Of a stretch of 64,000 nucleotides of DNA, positions 1 through 13,700 are shown piece after piece. The stretch spans positions 13,950,372-14,014,371 of the forward strand of contig CM119271.1 of NCBI GenBank assembly GCA_051294375.1, given 5' to 3'. This DNA is from Paraspadella gotoi (Eukaryota; Animalia; Chaetognatha). The notes beneath the pieces are model-generated. The model had not been told where the DNA came from, ran no database searches, and saw only the letters and a list, made by a program, of their open reading frames with translations. The position numbers were made by a program, and so were the translations under genes. The first letter of the stretch is position 1. Each line of letters opens with the position of its first letter.

Positions 1-3000
1 TCGTCTTTCCCGCCGCTCGGCGCCTCCGCTCACTCGACGCTCGGCTCCGCGCGGGCTCAGGGCGCCATCCCGAAGGCGGGCGGGTTCGTCGAAACCGCGG
101 CGCTGAAAGGTCTGGAGAGGTTTTCCATTAATTTGGTGGGTCATGTCAGACAGGAAATCCTTCAAATCCTTTCCTTTCCTCCGACAGGCGTCTTGAAGAA
201 AAACTCTGGCGAATTCTGTCACCGATCATCGCCCGTGGCGTCGCACATCGGATCCCATCATCGACCCTCCATCAAAACCTCGACCCCGGACACCGACGAC
301 GCCAAGTGCAGGGAGATCTCGTCTCGAGCTGCTGGAGCCGGTCAGGGGCAAAGAAAGAGAGAGTTGGAATTGTAAAAGAGGAGGAAATGAGGGATCTCTT
401 TAATCCTCGACCTCGATCTCTCCTTCAGGCACCACCGTATCCATCGCATCCTCTTCCTCTTCGTCGGAGGGCGCCTCGACGGTTGTGGCACCGCGGCCGA
501 AACCCACCACAACGGCGTCGTTGTCGTCGGGTTCCGGCGCCGCGCCCACCACCGCCTCCATTCCATCCATCTCTTCCATTCTCATGAACTCCTCCAGGTT
601 GTTGAGGGTGGCGTCGCGATTGTTGTCGTTATTGAGGATTGGGGTTTAAGTCGTTTTAAATCATAGCTTTTTTTAGAACAAGAAGTCTTTTTTTATATAT
701 TAAATCGGATTTGGATAAAACAGGATAAAATCCGCCAACAAAGTATTTTCTGACTCCTCTTACAACATAATTAAATAAGTTAGTTTCAAATCCTGTTCAA
801 TCGGTTCTCGAATACGCAATAATTAAGAAAAAATATTTTCAAAGAAGGAAGTCGATCAAAGCCGCCTGCTGATGAAACCGTTTCTGTTCGAATATTTTTG
901 CTCTGGATAATGTTTCCTGAAGTTTAAAGATATTCGCTATATCGGACGACTACAATATTCAAATTAAATTAAGGGGACCCAGTGATAAAAATGATATCAT
1001 AAGTTTAAGGTCTATCATCAAAGGAATTTGAATGGTGATAGTCATTAATTTTTCTTTGCACGGGAAAGTGGCAAAAAAATTGTTCTCTTATTGTAGCGGA
1101 AACAAAAATTTAATAATTATGAAAAAAACATTGAGTTGACCCTACCTAAATATTCATATAATCCGTTATTTTATTTTTGCATTAGAAAGTATTTTTTACT
1201 AAATTCCAAATTTTTATTTTTTACTGTACAAAGCTACAATTTTAGGTTTAAGCCTCATTGAACAAAGGCTTTACAAGACTAATATTTTTTTATTTTATAT
1301 TTACTTAAAAGCAGACAAATCAAACCTAAATTCTATTCTTACAGAAACAAAACTGTAATAATTATTAATTAATATTCATATTCATCCTTTAAATCTATTA
1401 TTAAACTATATTGATTCTTAATTATAATAATTAAAAATTTTAGCAAAAGTACAGAATCTTTCTCTTTTTTTTATATTTATATTACTTCAAAGAGTTTTAT
1501 TTTCATTCAATTAACAGAATCATTTAAAAAGAAAGTTTAAATAAAATCAGTCGATACCTTAAATTTTGATTCATTCCTAGTTTTTTTTCTTATAAATTTT
1601 TTTAATAAAAGCTGAAAATCTTTTTAAAATTAGATCTTACCCTTTTTTGGAAAAAAAAATTTTAAACTTGAAAAAAGATTTTCTTCTTACCGATTTCTTA
1701 AAGAAAATTAAGCTCGCTGATTTTATCGAATTTTTTAACTACTTTCCCAAATGATTATAGAAGAAAAAATTATATGATCAGAACCAGCTTAAGTTAAAGG
1801 GTCAAACGTTATGTTTTCAGCTTTTTACCCCCCCTGTTCACTTGGTCCCCTTAAGTGATCAGAAGGGGATAACTTTGCTAGATCCTTGGTGTGCGATTTA
1901 AAATTATTTCAAATTATCACTTCAATGATTAATTGACGATTACTAAGATATATGATTATTAATGTACGAAGCGTTTTCTTGTCTATACATTCTTAGTAAG
2001 TACAATGTTTTTTTCTACTTTGATCATTTCAAATCTATTCTTTTCCTGAATTCTATTTAATTCTTCGCAGAAATTTGAGCTCGCCCTCAAGACGACGGCT
2101 GTGCTTGGGGTAGGGTGCGAATAGTCGGGAATTTCTTTATAGTAATTCGTGGGTGAAAACTACATATTATTAATTTCTAAATTCAGTATCTGATTGGTGG
2201 CGATCAAATTATTTCCCTTGGCTTCAGAGAATCGGATAAGAGTAACAAAATTTGTTTTGTTAAAAACGACCGTTTGTTTCGCAATAATTGGTGCTCATAA
2301 ACCAATCGATATTACATTTATTATAAGTGTTTAAAGCTAAATACATGTTGCTGGTATTTTGAAGGGGGTACCGATGTTCTCGTATTTATACTTTCAGCAG
2401 AGTTACAAGTCGCACTTATAACTGAAGTATACAATGCATACCATACACCCGAGTCGGTAATTCATAAAAAATTAATAAACAATTGTAATCCTCAGCTTCA
2501 GAAGGAACTCCTACAGCGAAAAGCCCGAATCCAAAGATCCTTTGGCCGCGTTGGCGAAACAGTATGGAGCCTCGAAACGAAACGCGTTGCTCAAGTAGGT
2601 TCTAAGGGGAATCGGTTACGAAAATCGGGGCCGAAAACAAAAAAAACTCTTCCTTCTCTTGAACAGATATGTCCAGAATCGAACTGCCCACTACCCGGGA
2701 ATCGACATCACCAACTTCTCCTCCAGTTGGAACGACGGGATGGCCTTCTGCGCCCTCGTGCACACTTACCTCCCGGACAAGATACCTTACCACGAACTCG
2801 GCTCACTCACCAAGAGGCGCAACTTCGAACTGGCCTTCGCCTCCGCCGAGGAGGTGAACTGAGAGGAGGGGGTTGGGCAATGCGGTGTGGGAATGAAGGA
2901 GTTTTTTAAGATTTTCTCATATATCATATCATATATTATGATTTATATGGTGGGCCGTTAGGTGACGGAAAGGATAAATTAAAGTTCGATAATTGATTTT

Positions 3001-3165
3001 TTTTCAATCGGGGGAAAACATTTTTAAAAAAACGGGCAAAACCAATTTATTCAGGTTGGAATTCCTCCGATCCTCAACATCAACGACATGGTGTCCATCG
3101 AGCGGCCCGACTGGCAGCAAGTCATGGCCTACGTTACCTCCATTTACAAACACTTTGAAACGTGA
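1..3165 (+). CDS. SPECC1L: Cytospin (SPECC1/SPECC1L-like), 3' part with C-terminal calponin-homology domain; 5' end lies outside the window
   Basis: Spliced exons (approx. 1-109, 188-340, 430-598, 2071-2109, 2497-2594, 2667-2853, 3055-3165) give ...[62 protein letters not shown]...[21 protein letters not shown], matching the cytospin C-terminal CH domain. Introns are GT-AG. Confidence 0.88.
973..1850. mobile_element. Non-autonomous DNA transposon with TTAA target-site duplication (Kolobok/T2-MITE-like), intronic
   Basis: TTAA(969-972)-GGGGACCCAGTGA ... TCACTTGGTCCCC-TTAA(1851-1854): imperfect terminal inverted repeat of about 13 bp with TTAA on both sides. The interior is AT-rich with no ORF. 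Confidence 0.6.
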
Positions 3166-4704
3166 CCTTTTCACCAGAAGAAGGTCGAGCCTGTGTCCGA
3201 CCAATCTTCCATTCGTCATCAATCCAAGACGGATTTTTCAGTTCCGAATCGATACGCGAGGTCAAACGATATTTTTCTAAATTATCAACGACTCCCGTGA
3301 CTACATACATTTACACTTTGGCTTTCCCAGTCTTCATGTTTTTGTTTTTTTAAATTTCTATTATCGATTAGCCAAAAATTCGTAGATAATACTACATCGT
3401 ACCTCTTCTTTCGCCAAAAGGTGGTCGAGGCAAAAGATTAGAATTTAATTTAATTCTGCTTCAAAACGAGCACGAGTCAGTTGGCGAGGCGCGACAGTCA
3501 TCTCCGCGATTCGCATGCTTTTTTGTGTGTGCTTTTTTTTGTGTGTGTGATTTCTGGTTTAAGACCAGAAATAATATCAAAGTCGATAAATACGTCAACA
3601 GTTTCATTCTTCTCAGCCTTTGGTGTATTTTTTTTTCTTTTTGAAATATCCAATCATTGATTTGTAATTCACGCTACGACCAATCTTAAGTTCCATGAAT
3701 GCAAAAAAGATATAATTGCCATCATGTATATCGCGAATTGTTCGTGGCGTGAATCTATATGCTTCAAGCTTAAATCCGATTTGAATTATTGCGGATCGAC
3801 ATTCCAATTTTTCTTTTAAAGAGAGATTTGATTCTCTTTTCTCAAAAAAAAACGCCTTAGCGAACCCGCGTCCTCGTTGTGTGCCTTCCGAGGATTTCTC
3901 GGACAGCCACCAGGAAGCCTTCGCCCTATTTCTTTAATTGTTAACAATTAGATTTAACTTTTCGATTGTATATTGTATGTGTATTTTTTTTTGCATGTTT
4001 GAATATTTAATTCGACGCGTATTCATTATTTTTTTATAGCCAAAGAATAATTTGTGTAGCCAATGCTTTTTTCTCTCTGGTCGAATGGATTCTTTGTGCA
4101 TCCGACTTCTCTTTTTACGACGCGGCGACCAAAACAAAAATATTTCTTCTTATCCGCTGAATTTCTCGTTGTCGCGGAATTTATTGTTGTCAAATAAGTT
4201 TTGATATTGATGACGAAGAATATTTGTGGATTTAGTGGAAGCGACGAAAAAAACGTGTTTTTTTTTAAAGAAATTTGAGCAAACGTATAATTTCGGGAAT
4301 GGAATGAAAAAAATAACCGTTGAGAATTTCGATCTTATCGCGCTTTTCTTAGTTGACTGTTGCGTCGCGAAATCAAAAAGTCTTTGTATACAATTTGGTT
4401 TTTTTTCTCCGCGTAGCCTTTAAATTTCTTTCCCGTAATCCCACTACGGCGCTGTATAACTTTTCGATCGTTTTTTTTTTCGTATTATTTTCTTATTTTC
4501 CAATGACAATAAAAAAAGTTTAATTTCGCTTCAAATTATGTAGATCTATCCACAAGAATCTTGTTTTCTGTTCCAAAACAAAACTCGTTTAACGAAAAGA
4601 TGATCGGATGATGCGAGAGACTTTTCCGTCGTTGATCGATGTTGAAGGAGATTTTGACGACTCCAGTATGATGATCTTTTGATCGAGAAAAAAAGAGGCA
4701 GAGG

Positions 4705-7700
4705 ATGGGCAACGCGTTGGAGGCCTTCACGGGCGAGTCGGCGGAGGATATGATGGAATATTCCGAGGAGCACATTCGCGATCAGTTGCGTCGAGGGGCG
4801 GGACGGAGCGACGGAAATCTTCGCTACAGAGGAAGCAAAGAGTGAGTCGATGGTTGCGTTTAGTTCTTTGCTCTTTGTTCATCATCCTCGTTTCTCCTCC
4901 GTTATGGTAATATTCAGATCCTCGGATCGCCTCGTCCCAGCGACCTTGACGACGACGACGACGCCTCAAGAGTGGGGACCCCAAATACCTCCGTTTCTTC
5001 TCCCCGCCGCCGGAGGCGTTGGTTCGAAGATGGATCGACGAAAGCGGAAAAACTCGGAAGAGCGCGAAGAAGACGACGAACCCGACGATGACGGACATCG
5101 TGACAATTTTGTTAAAAGCTATGACTCTAACGATGAACCCGAAGACGATAGACGATGTAATAATGTGGACGGCGAAGACGGCGTGAGATCTCTCGATGAT
5201 TGTGATGACTCCGACGACGATAAACGATATAACGATATTGAGAAAAGCTATGACGACCTAAGATCTTCCCGCTTGGTTTTCAACGATGACGACCACGACG
5301 ACTCCATCTCCACCGATTCGGCGAAATCGGATTCTCTCGATCGCTTCGTCGATTCGACGTCGACCGAAGTTTCCGCGAGCATCCATGCAAAAATTAAAAA
5401 AAAGAAAAGGTCAAAATTTCTTGGAAATTTGGAGGCGACAGATAAGGAGGAGCGAGGAGAGGAGCCTGCAGAGGAGTCTGCAGACGAGATGGCAGAGGAG
5501 CCTGCAGAGGAGCCTGCAGATGAGCAGGCAGAGAAGCCAGCAGATGAGCGGGTAGAAAACACGACCAATGAGCAGGCTGTAGAGCAAGCCATGGAGAATA
5601 CCGAGGAATGGGCTAAAGAGCTGGCCGTGGAGCAGGCCAAGGAGCAAAAGGATGATATCGCAGATGAGCTGGCCGCGGAGGAAAGAAAATCGTGCGTGAA
5701 AGATGAAGGAAAGCTGAAACTTGAAGAGTCGCATCCATTGCAGAAATTTGAGGAAACATCGTCAGATCTGAAAATTGAAAGTTTCTTTCACCTGTGGCAG
5801 GATAAGTCATCGGATTTGAATAAAGATTGGGAACAAACACCACTTAGTGTAGATTTGACGGATGATGAGTTAAGCAATCCAGAACTTTTAGATTTAGCCA
5901 CAAATGAATCAATCAGTTGTGAAGCTTTTGAATTGGAAAAAAATGAATTGGATTCAATAGAAGGTGAATTAAATATGAAAAAAATTTGTTCTGATAAAAT
6001 TGAATTGACAAACAAAGATGCTGTAAATTTGATTAATGATAAATTAAAGTCAATGGAACTTGTCGAGGAAGATGAGCCAAAAAATGATTTTGTAGAAAAT
6101 GAATTAAAATTTGAAGTTAATTTAAATTTGAGTGAAAATGAAGTTATAATGAAAGATACTTTGGATTGGGAATTAAAGCATGATGATAGCTCAGAGGAGG
6201 TAGAGAGCGATGGATTAAATGTAAAGGACGATAAATTGAAATCTCAGAAATCCGTATCTCCATGTGAATATGAATCCGAAATAAAATATTCAATTTCCAT
6301 GGAGGATGAAGTAAAATTGGTAGTAGGCGATGAAGAAACCCATGACACAGATTTGGATACGAAGGTTTCGCGTAAAAATTCACTTAATGCTCGTGAATTA
6401 GAATCCAAGGAATACTTTCCTACTGACGACGTAATAATAGTTCAACAAGATCAAAAATCACGCGATGATGTTTTACAATCAATCGCAGCCAAAGTCGATG
6501 AGCAGAATGACGAAATGTTCGGCACTTGCGAAGACTTTGCAGGCGACGCTTTATGTGATAGCTTTTACGAAAACAATGATACAACAAACGATACAGATTT
6601 GTCTTTCAACAAAATGAATTCTGAATTCCATGATGTTGATAATCTTCAGAAGAAGCCTTCGAGCCATGATACTACAGAAAAATTATTTAAAAATGACCTC
6701 AATCACTATGATGACGTAACGCAAACTGAAACCTTAGATGACGAATCTCCGTCTGATAAAATTGTATTGACGGATGAGGTCAAACAACAAGAATTTTCTG
6801 AAAGTTCGCTACAAGTAGCAATGAATTCGACTACTTACGAATATCCTCCCGATAACTCGTGCGCTTTGGAAAATGAATTATCCCATTCGCTCAATTCTAT
6901 TATTGATCACGGTGATTCGAGATTAAATATAACTTCGACTCGTTCGGATATTCTTGTCGAATCAGAAGTCGAATCGTCCGTGGCGTGGGATGATGGATGG
7001 TCTGCTTGTGGCTTCGATGAGCGTGGAGACGAAACTAATGAAAGCTTTTTCGCTGTTCTCGGATCAAACAATCACATACAATCTGAATCAGATTGTCAAT
7101 CTGATTCTATAAATGATGAAGCGAATGTCGAGATTGACGGTTCTCAATTTCACGAAACTTATGCAAATATAAAACTAGCGGAATACAATACAGGAGCTGT
7201 ATCAGAAATAAAATTGAACAGCGAACTTAATTTTGATATTGATGATAACGAAGGTGACGGGCCAAACATGCAAGATGCTCAATTGAACCATGATGCTTGT
7301 GATAATTCTGAAAAATGTCTCGCTGACGCCGGTGTCTCCGATTCTTCAGCGCCGGCGCCAAACCATTTCGTTGAGAATAATATTTTTCAAAGCGACAAAG
7401 CGACTTTGAAATCTGACGACTCACTCTTTCACAACTTTACTTTTGAAAACTTTGAAGAAAATACCTCATTCCTGGAAAAATCCTCAACCGACTTGCACGA
7501 AAGTGTCTCTAATTTCATCAAAAACAACGACTTGATTATAACCGAGAAAGACGTAAATATGAACAGCTTTGAAATGTCTCAAGATACAATGGAGACATTT
7601 CTTTCTCGGTCGAGTTTTAGTGATGATGACGAAAGATTTCTCCAAAATAATAACCCAGAAGTTGGCGGTGAATATAACCGAGTGGAGGGTGATGAGTTTT

Positions 7701-10700
7701 CTGTCGACGACGAAGGCCACGAAAAGTTAGGAGCAGAAAATTTTGTACCAGAACCTTCAAATTGCAAAGAAGTCGCGGAAATTAATCCGGAACACTTTTC
7801 CGAGAAATTTTGCGTGGATGCCAATGAGATCGAGAAAAAATTGCTGCGGGAAACTCTGGAAGACGATGGTCGTCTTGAAGAGGTGAAAGATGCTGTGGAG
7901 TTTTTATTGATCGTGAAATCTGGAGACGTCGAGGATTTAGATTCATCCGAATCCAAAGTCAAAGGCGTCAAAAAGGATGTCAGTTCAAACGATGATATTT
8001 ACATCTTGAGCGAAATGAAAGAGAGCGATGGCTTCCTCGAAGACGATTGGGAATGGCAAGAAGAAAAAGATTTTTCAAACCAACCAACTTGTGCCAAAAG
8101 CGAGGAAGGTTCTGCTTTTTATGGTTCGAACGAAATGAGCGACTTGAAGATGGTCTTTGAGGAAGAGACACAACCATCGTGTCCTGACCCAAATTTTGTA
8201 TCAGCTGGAGATGAAAACGATGAATTCGCTTCTTACGAAGACAAGGTTAGAGAATATTTTCCTGAACAAAAAGAACAGCAACCACGCTATTTTTCATCTG
8301 ACGCTGTTCCTGTGAATTATTTTGAGGAAATAGATTGTGATTCATTAATCAATACACAGGATTTCGGTTCACTTGGCGAACGCGATTACAAGAGCGAAAC
8401 TTCAAACTCGCGCTCAAGTGATGACAAATTACATGCCGCAATTACGCCGAGCCAAGAAAACGATTTTTATGAGCAAAATTTAATTTTTTCTCTCGAAGAC
8501 AATTCGGAATTTTCCTCCTGCAACATTCATGTTGCGAATCCAGAAAGTGGCCACACCTTACCCGCCGTTTCCGCCGCAGTACAGGATACATTTCTTTTTG
8601 TTACTTCAACCGTTAAATCTTATTCTCCCGACGAAAATGTAGAGAGAGTCGTTATCCCTTTTGACGAGGAATTTCAAAAAGACTTCGATCATAGTCGCCT
8701 CGACTTGAAGGAAAACTCCATCGACGAACAGAATGACAAAAAGTCGCTCGATAGTTCACGCGACTTCAATGCTGGAATCGATAGGATAAACGATCATCCT
8801 CAGTTCGCCGAAAATATTTCCCTCGATCTTCAAAAGCAGCCACCTCATTGTCATGAAATCGAAGATACAGGTTCGCCCGAATCCTTGGGGCCAGTTAATG
8901 ATGACCCATCTCTTTCTCTGCAATCGCTTTCCTTCCTCAATCATTCGTCATCTGAGGCAGTCGCCTTACCCATCTCTAGTCACTCGCTCACACAACCTTC
9001 GGATACCCATTCCAGTTCTGAACATTCTCAACCGATTCCATTTCCGAACATAAGTTCAGAACCTATTTCCATTCCTGATTTGGTGTCGGACTCGGTCGGT
9101 TTTATAAATTATCAACCACAATCTCATCCCGTGGAATATCCTGCTCTTTCTCTTCTGGTTTCCGAGCTGGTCTCAGATCCTGCTACCAACCTCGCGCTTG
9201 TCTCAAACCCGGTCTCAAACCCCGTCGTTAGTTCCACAGTTTCTCCGCCACTCATCAGTCCCCAATCTTTCCAGCCTGTCTTAGACCTCAAAGACATTCA
9301 CTGTGATTTCACGCGTGTGAACGAAGGATTTTTCTCCCGTTCACCGACTTCCGACATTCCAAGCAACTCTACTCGTAGCTTAGCCACTGGTCCCGCGACC
9401 GAACCCCTCCACGTCTGTGATAATCGATACGACGCTCACAACGACTTCCCTCAGGAAACTCTACCCGTGCCTTCTCAAAGTGCATTTCAGTTTTTCGATA
9501 GTCAGCGGCCCGGCGCCGGCGCTCTTTCCGAAGATGGCGCGGCGAAATTCATTATGGCGGGAATACCGACTTCCACGGATCTCGTCAAAGTGGATGGGGG
9601 CGACCGGCCCGGTCGCGCGAAAGACAGGCGTGATTCGGGGGCGTCGGCGAAAGCCACCTTTGGTTTTTCCGTCGAAATCGAACCCTGGGTCAACGACGTG
9701 ACGGCGCCACATTCCAGAGTCTCGTCCAATTATCCCCCGACGACGGATCTTGAGCCTGAGGGTGACGTCGGTGAAATTCTCGTCGCTCCAAGCGATGCCG
9801 ACGAACGAGTCGACGCCGACGAGTCGGCCGCCGCGGCCGCGTTCGAGTGTCCGGAATTCGCGGATCAGCCCGCCAACGTCGACTACGAAAGAAGCCAGCC
9901 TCGAGGAGTGACCGTCGCCGACGCTCCCTTCCCTCTTGCGGCGAACTTCTCCACTTCGACGCCAGTGACGACGCCTTTGGCACCGTCGCGAAACTTCTTC
10001 CGAGAATCCGTCGTCAGCGAGGAAGAGACAGACCTCGTTTCCCGCAGCGCCTCGAACCAACCCAGTCGCGGCTACGAATTCACTCTCGAGTCCGAAGACT
10101 TGGCGACTCTTTCGTGGGCCAACGAATCGGCGATCCACTCCGACCCGCGCCGAGATTTGACGCCGGCTTTGGATCGCGCCGCCGGATTTTCGTTCGAAGC
10201 GCCGGCGCCTTGGTCGAGGAGGGAAGGACCCGAAGGACGGAACTCGTTCAGTCCGGCGACGTCGGCCGCGGCGTCGGGAGCGCCGATCCTCGAGACGAGA
10301 CGATCCTGCGACGGAACGGAATCGCCCGACGCCGCGGGAACCGGCGCCATCGACGCCGCGGGAACCGGCGCCATCGACGCCGCCGTCGGGGAGAGCGAAG
10401 AATCTTCGGCGTCGATCTCTTGTTCTCTCGGCGATTTGGGGAGTACGACCGAGAGGACGGAGGAGGGGGAGAGGACGGGAGGGAGCGAATGTGACGAGGA
10501 AGTTGGCGGGCTGCTGCGCACATCCACCCAGCGATCGCCGAGAATTTGGAAGTCGACGAGTGATCTCAAGATGGGCGAGTTGGTGAGTGAACTTTGGAAA
10601 GTTTCGAAATTTTTGTTAATTTGGCAAACCTTTAATAAATCCTGAAAGAAGAATTTTTTTCCTACTTCAATATCGTTATAAGTTATCTGTGAGGGAAGTT

Positions 10701-13700
10701 AAGGAGGCTGTTGAATCACTCCTCGAGTCATCTACGATATTTAAAATTATATTAAAATATTCTCATGAGTAATTAAAAAGAAAATTTTAAGTGATAAATA
10801 TAAACATTTCATCTTATTTCATCTTATCTGCTATATGCAAATGATATTAAAGAGTTCAGTTTTCGAAAGTCGGTTCGCAGTAAAGTTTCGTAATATTTCT
10901 ATATCATCTCAGTTCTTGAATCCCAACGACATTCCTCGTCCTCATCGTCGTCGTCGTTCGTCTCGCAAAGACGTCGACGTCGAAGCGACGAAGCCTCGAG
11001 TTTCCGGTCAACGAAACGACGACGTCGAGGAAAGGGATCACAGCCTCAGGCGCAAGTGAGATTCCTTTATGATTGAATTTCGTTTACTTTATATACTTTA
11101 TAAATGTTAGTTATTATTTATTAATATTAATATTAATACCAAGAGTCCTCAACAAAGCCGCCACCGACAACTGGCATCAATCCGTCGATTGCCTGACGGG
11201 AATCCGTCCTCTCGACGAAGACCCACCGCGCGACCGTAGAGATCGTCAAGGCGCCGCCAGTAGACGCTCGGCATCCGGTCTCGGCACCGCGGCGCCGCGC
11301 GACGGACGAAGAGGAGAGCGGAGAGGAAGGACGAAGAAAACTCGTTCCAAAGATCACGGATCTCGCGGCGCCGTCTCGTCTTCATCGTCGATGGACGAGT
11401 ACTTGCGATATTGCAAGGATTACTACAAGACGTATTATCCCGACTGGTGAGTTGTTGGTATGTTTATGTTTTTTGCTTAGACTTAGTCTGTCTTTGTTTG
11501 TTTGTTTGCTGATGATGATTGTACTGAATCAACCTCGTTGTATTCGAATAAAATCGCATATAATATTGCAAAAACAAAAAAACTACTCTGGTAATGAATA
11601 AACTAGACTGGGAGAAAGTCTCGATTAAGCGTTTGCAATGTTATTGTCTAGTAGGAGGGATGGAGGTCTTAAACGTTAAATCAAGGGCAAGATAGCTTGT
11701 TTATTGAATGAATGGATAATTATTATATTGGCAGTACCAATTTATAACAATTTCTCAAGTTAAACATTTTAAATCTTTTCTTTCAGGTATCGACTCTACT
11801 TTCATCAATTCAAAAATTATCTCCTCGATCACTATTCCTCGCCGCCGCCTCCTTCCGCCTCTTTCCCCATCGCTCCCTCCTTCGCCGCCAATCCCTGGTC
11901 CGCCTACTACGCCTTCGGTTGGCCGCCGGCCGTCTCGGCCTTTCAGCCGGTCAGGCCGAGGACGCCGCCCAAGTTCTCCCGTCCGCTGCCGATTTTTAAG
12001 TTCGGCGGCGGCGGAGTTCTGACGATGATCGACGTCGATCGGAGCGGGAGAAGAGGACGGGTGAGGACTGTGGAAAGGAGAGGAAAGACGAGGGACTGCA
12101 AGGAAAGAAAGGGAAAGGGAAGGGAAGGGGTAAGGAAAGGATGGGCAAGTAAGGAAAGGAAGGAATGAAGTAATTAAGAAAATGAGAGGAAACGAGAAGA
12201 GTGTGAACAACAAAGCCGGTGTTCATATCTTTTCCCCCCGCAGGTTTCCATCCTCCTCCCTCCCCGCTCAGCCTCCTCTCTCCACACCTTTCCATCTCCC
12301 CTTCGCCTCCAACGACCCTCCAAACGCCAACTCGTCGCCTTCTGTCGATCCAAGATCGACGTCCTCATCGCCCAACAAGCCGCCGCCGCCGCCGCCGCCT
12401 CCGAGACGGAGCCGCTTCCCACGCTCATCCTTCCCTCGGCGTCGGCTACAACGGATATCGGCCGTGGCGGCCGATCCTCCGCGTCGGCATCCGAGGGTAG
12501 ACGCCGGAAATCTGAGGAGCCTCGGCGCCGATCGCCCGGCAAAGCGACCGCGACGGCGAAGTCGGCTGGCGAAGATGGAGCCGTCGATGTGGAAGGATTT
12601 AGGTCGGGAGGGAAAACTTAATTCTTAATCCTTAAAAACTTAATCCTTGGGCCGTATGTTCCCAGTTATTTAAAACTCGTCTCCTCGATTCTCAGGTTGC
12701 TGTGGGAGCTGATGGAGTTGCTGTTGCGACAGAACGGACGAATTCTGGGCGCCGACGTCGCTGAGTTGTTGACGGGAGAAGAAGAGCGAGCGTTGGATTC
12801 GTCGTCGTCGCAAGAGTTGGTTTCCGACGTCTCAGGTAGACTGAAAAGGGGAGCAAAGAGTCAAGTCCAGCGTTGGCGTTTTATTGACATTAACGAGGTT
12901 AATTAATACGTGATTGACAATAGTTTAATGATGACAATGATTTAGGTAATGACAAAGAAGAAGATTACAGATATTCGATTATTGAAGATTATTGAAGATT
13001 ATTGAAGAAGTGTTCTATCTTGAGATTCGATGTCGACCCCTGAGTCTCTCTGTCGGTCATTGGTCAGTCTAAGGGTGAATAAAGGTCTGTGATTCGTCAG
13101 CTTTCTGATGGTGATGTGATCCCTCGTCCCCTTCAGGAGTGCAAGTGCATCGATCAGTTGATGCCAGTTTCTAAGCTTTCCCCGATTAATCTTTTTCCCT
13201 TTTCTTTCCCCAAATCCTCTTCTCGTCTCGAAGCCTCCGGAAGAGACTTCGACCAACCGCTGGACCCGACGGCGGTGATTCGCCAATTTCGCCGCCTCCT
13301 CCAAGTCGGAAAGATGTCGGAGGCCGTCGATTGGGCTTTCGCCAACAAGGAGGAAGGTTGGTTTTTTTAAATGTAAATAAGTTTAATTTAAACTGACTTG
13401 AAAATTAAATTTAAATCGTCTCTCTTTAAGGCCACGCCATGTACCTGACGATGATGATGGATTCGGTCGTTCCGGGAGCCAACGTCTCCTCGGCGCTGCA
13501 ACGCGTCGAGCGGGAGATGGCGCCCGACGATTCTCTGCTCACGCTTTACTACGTGATGACCAACAGACAAGTACGAATAGTAACTTATTCTTATTGCTAA
13601 ATTATTTAATTGTATTATTAACATTGACTTTTTTTATTTTAGCCTCCGATTTGGTCGAAAATGACGGATCCGCGTTTCGCCGATTGGCGTCGTCACGTCG

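Noticed and set aside
400-585. Minus-strand acidic ORF (MRMEEMDG...) suggesting an antisense gene
   Set aside because: It is the reverse frame of a + strand cytospin exon bounded by proper AG/GT sites.
866-900. CTGATGA...CGAAT hammerhead-like string
   Set aside because: It lacks the GAAA core and convincing stems I/III.
9461-10569. Long overlapping ORFs on the minus strand and in alternative frames (also 24886-25845, 28717-29468, 51426-52169)
   Set aside because: These are shadow ORFs expected from GC-rich, stop-poor exons, with no recognisable domains.
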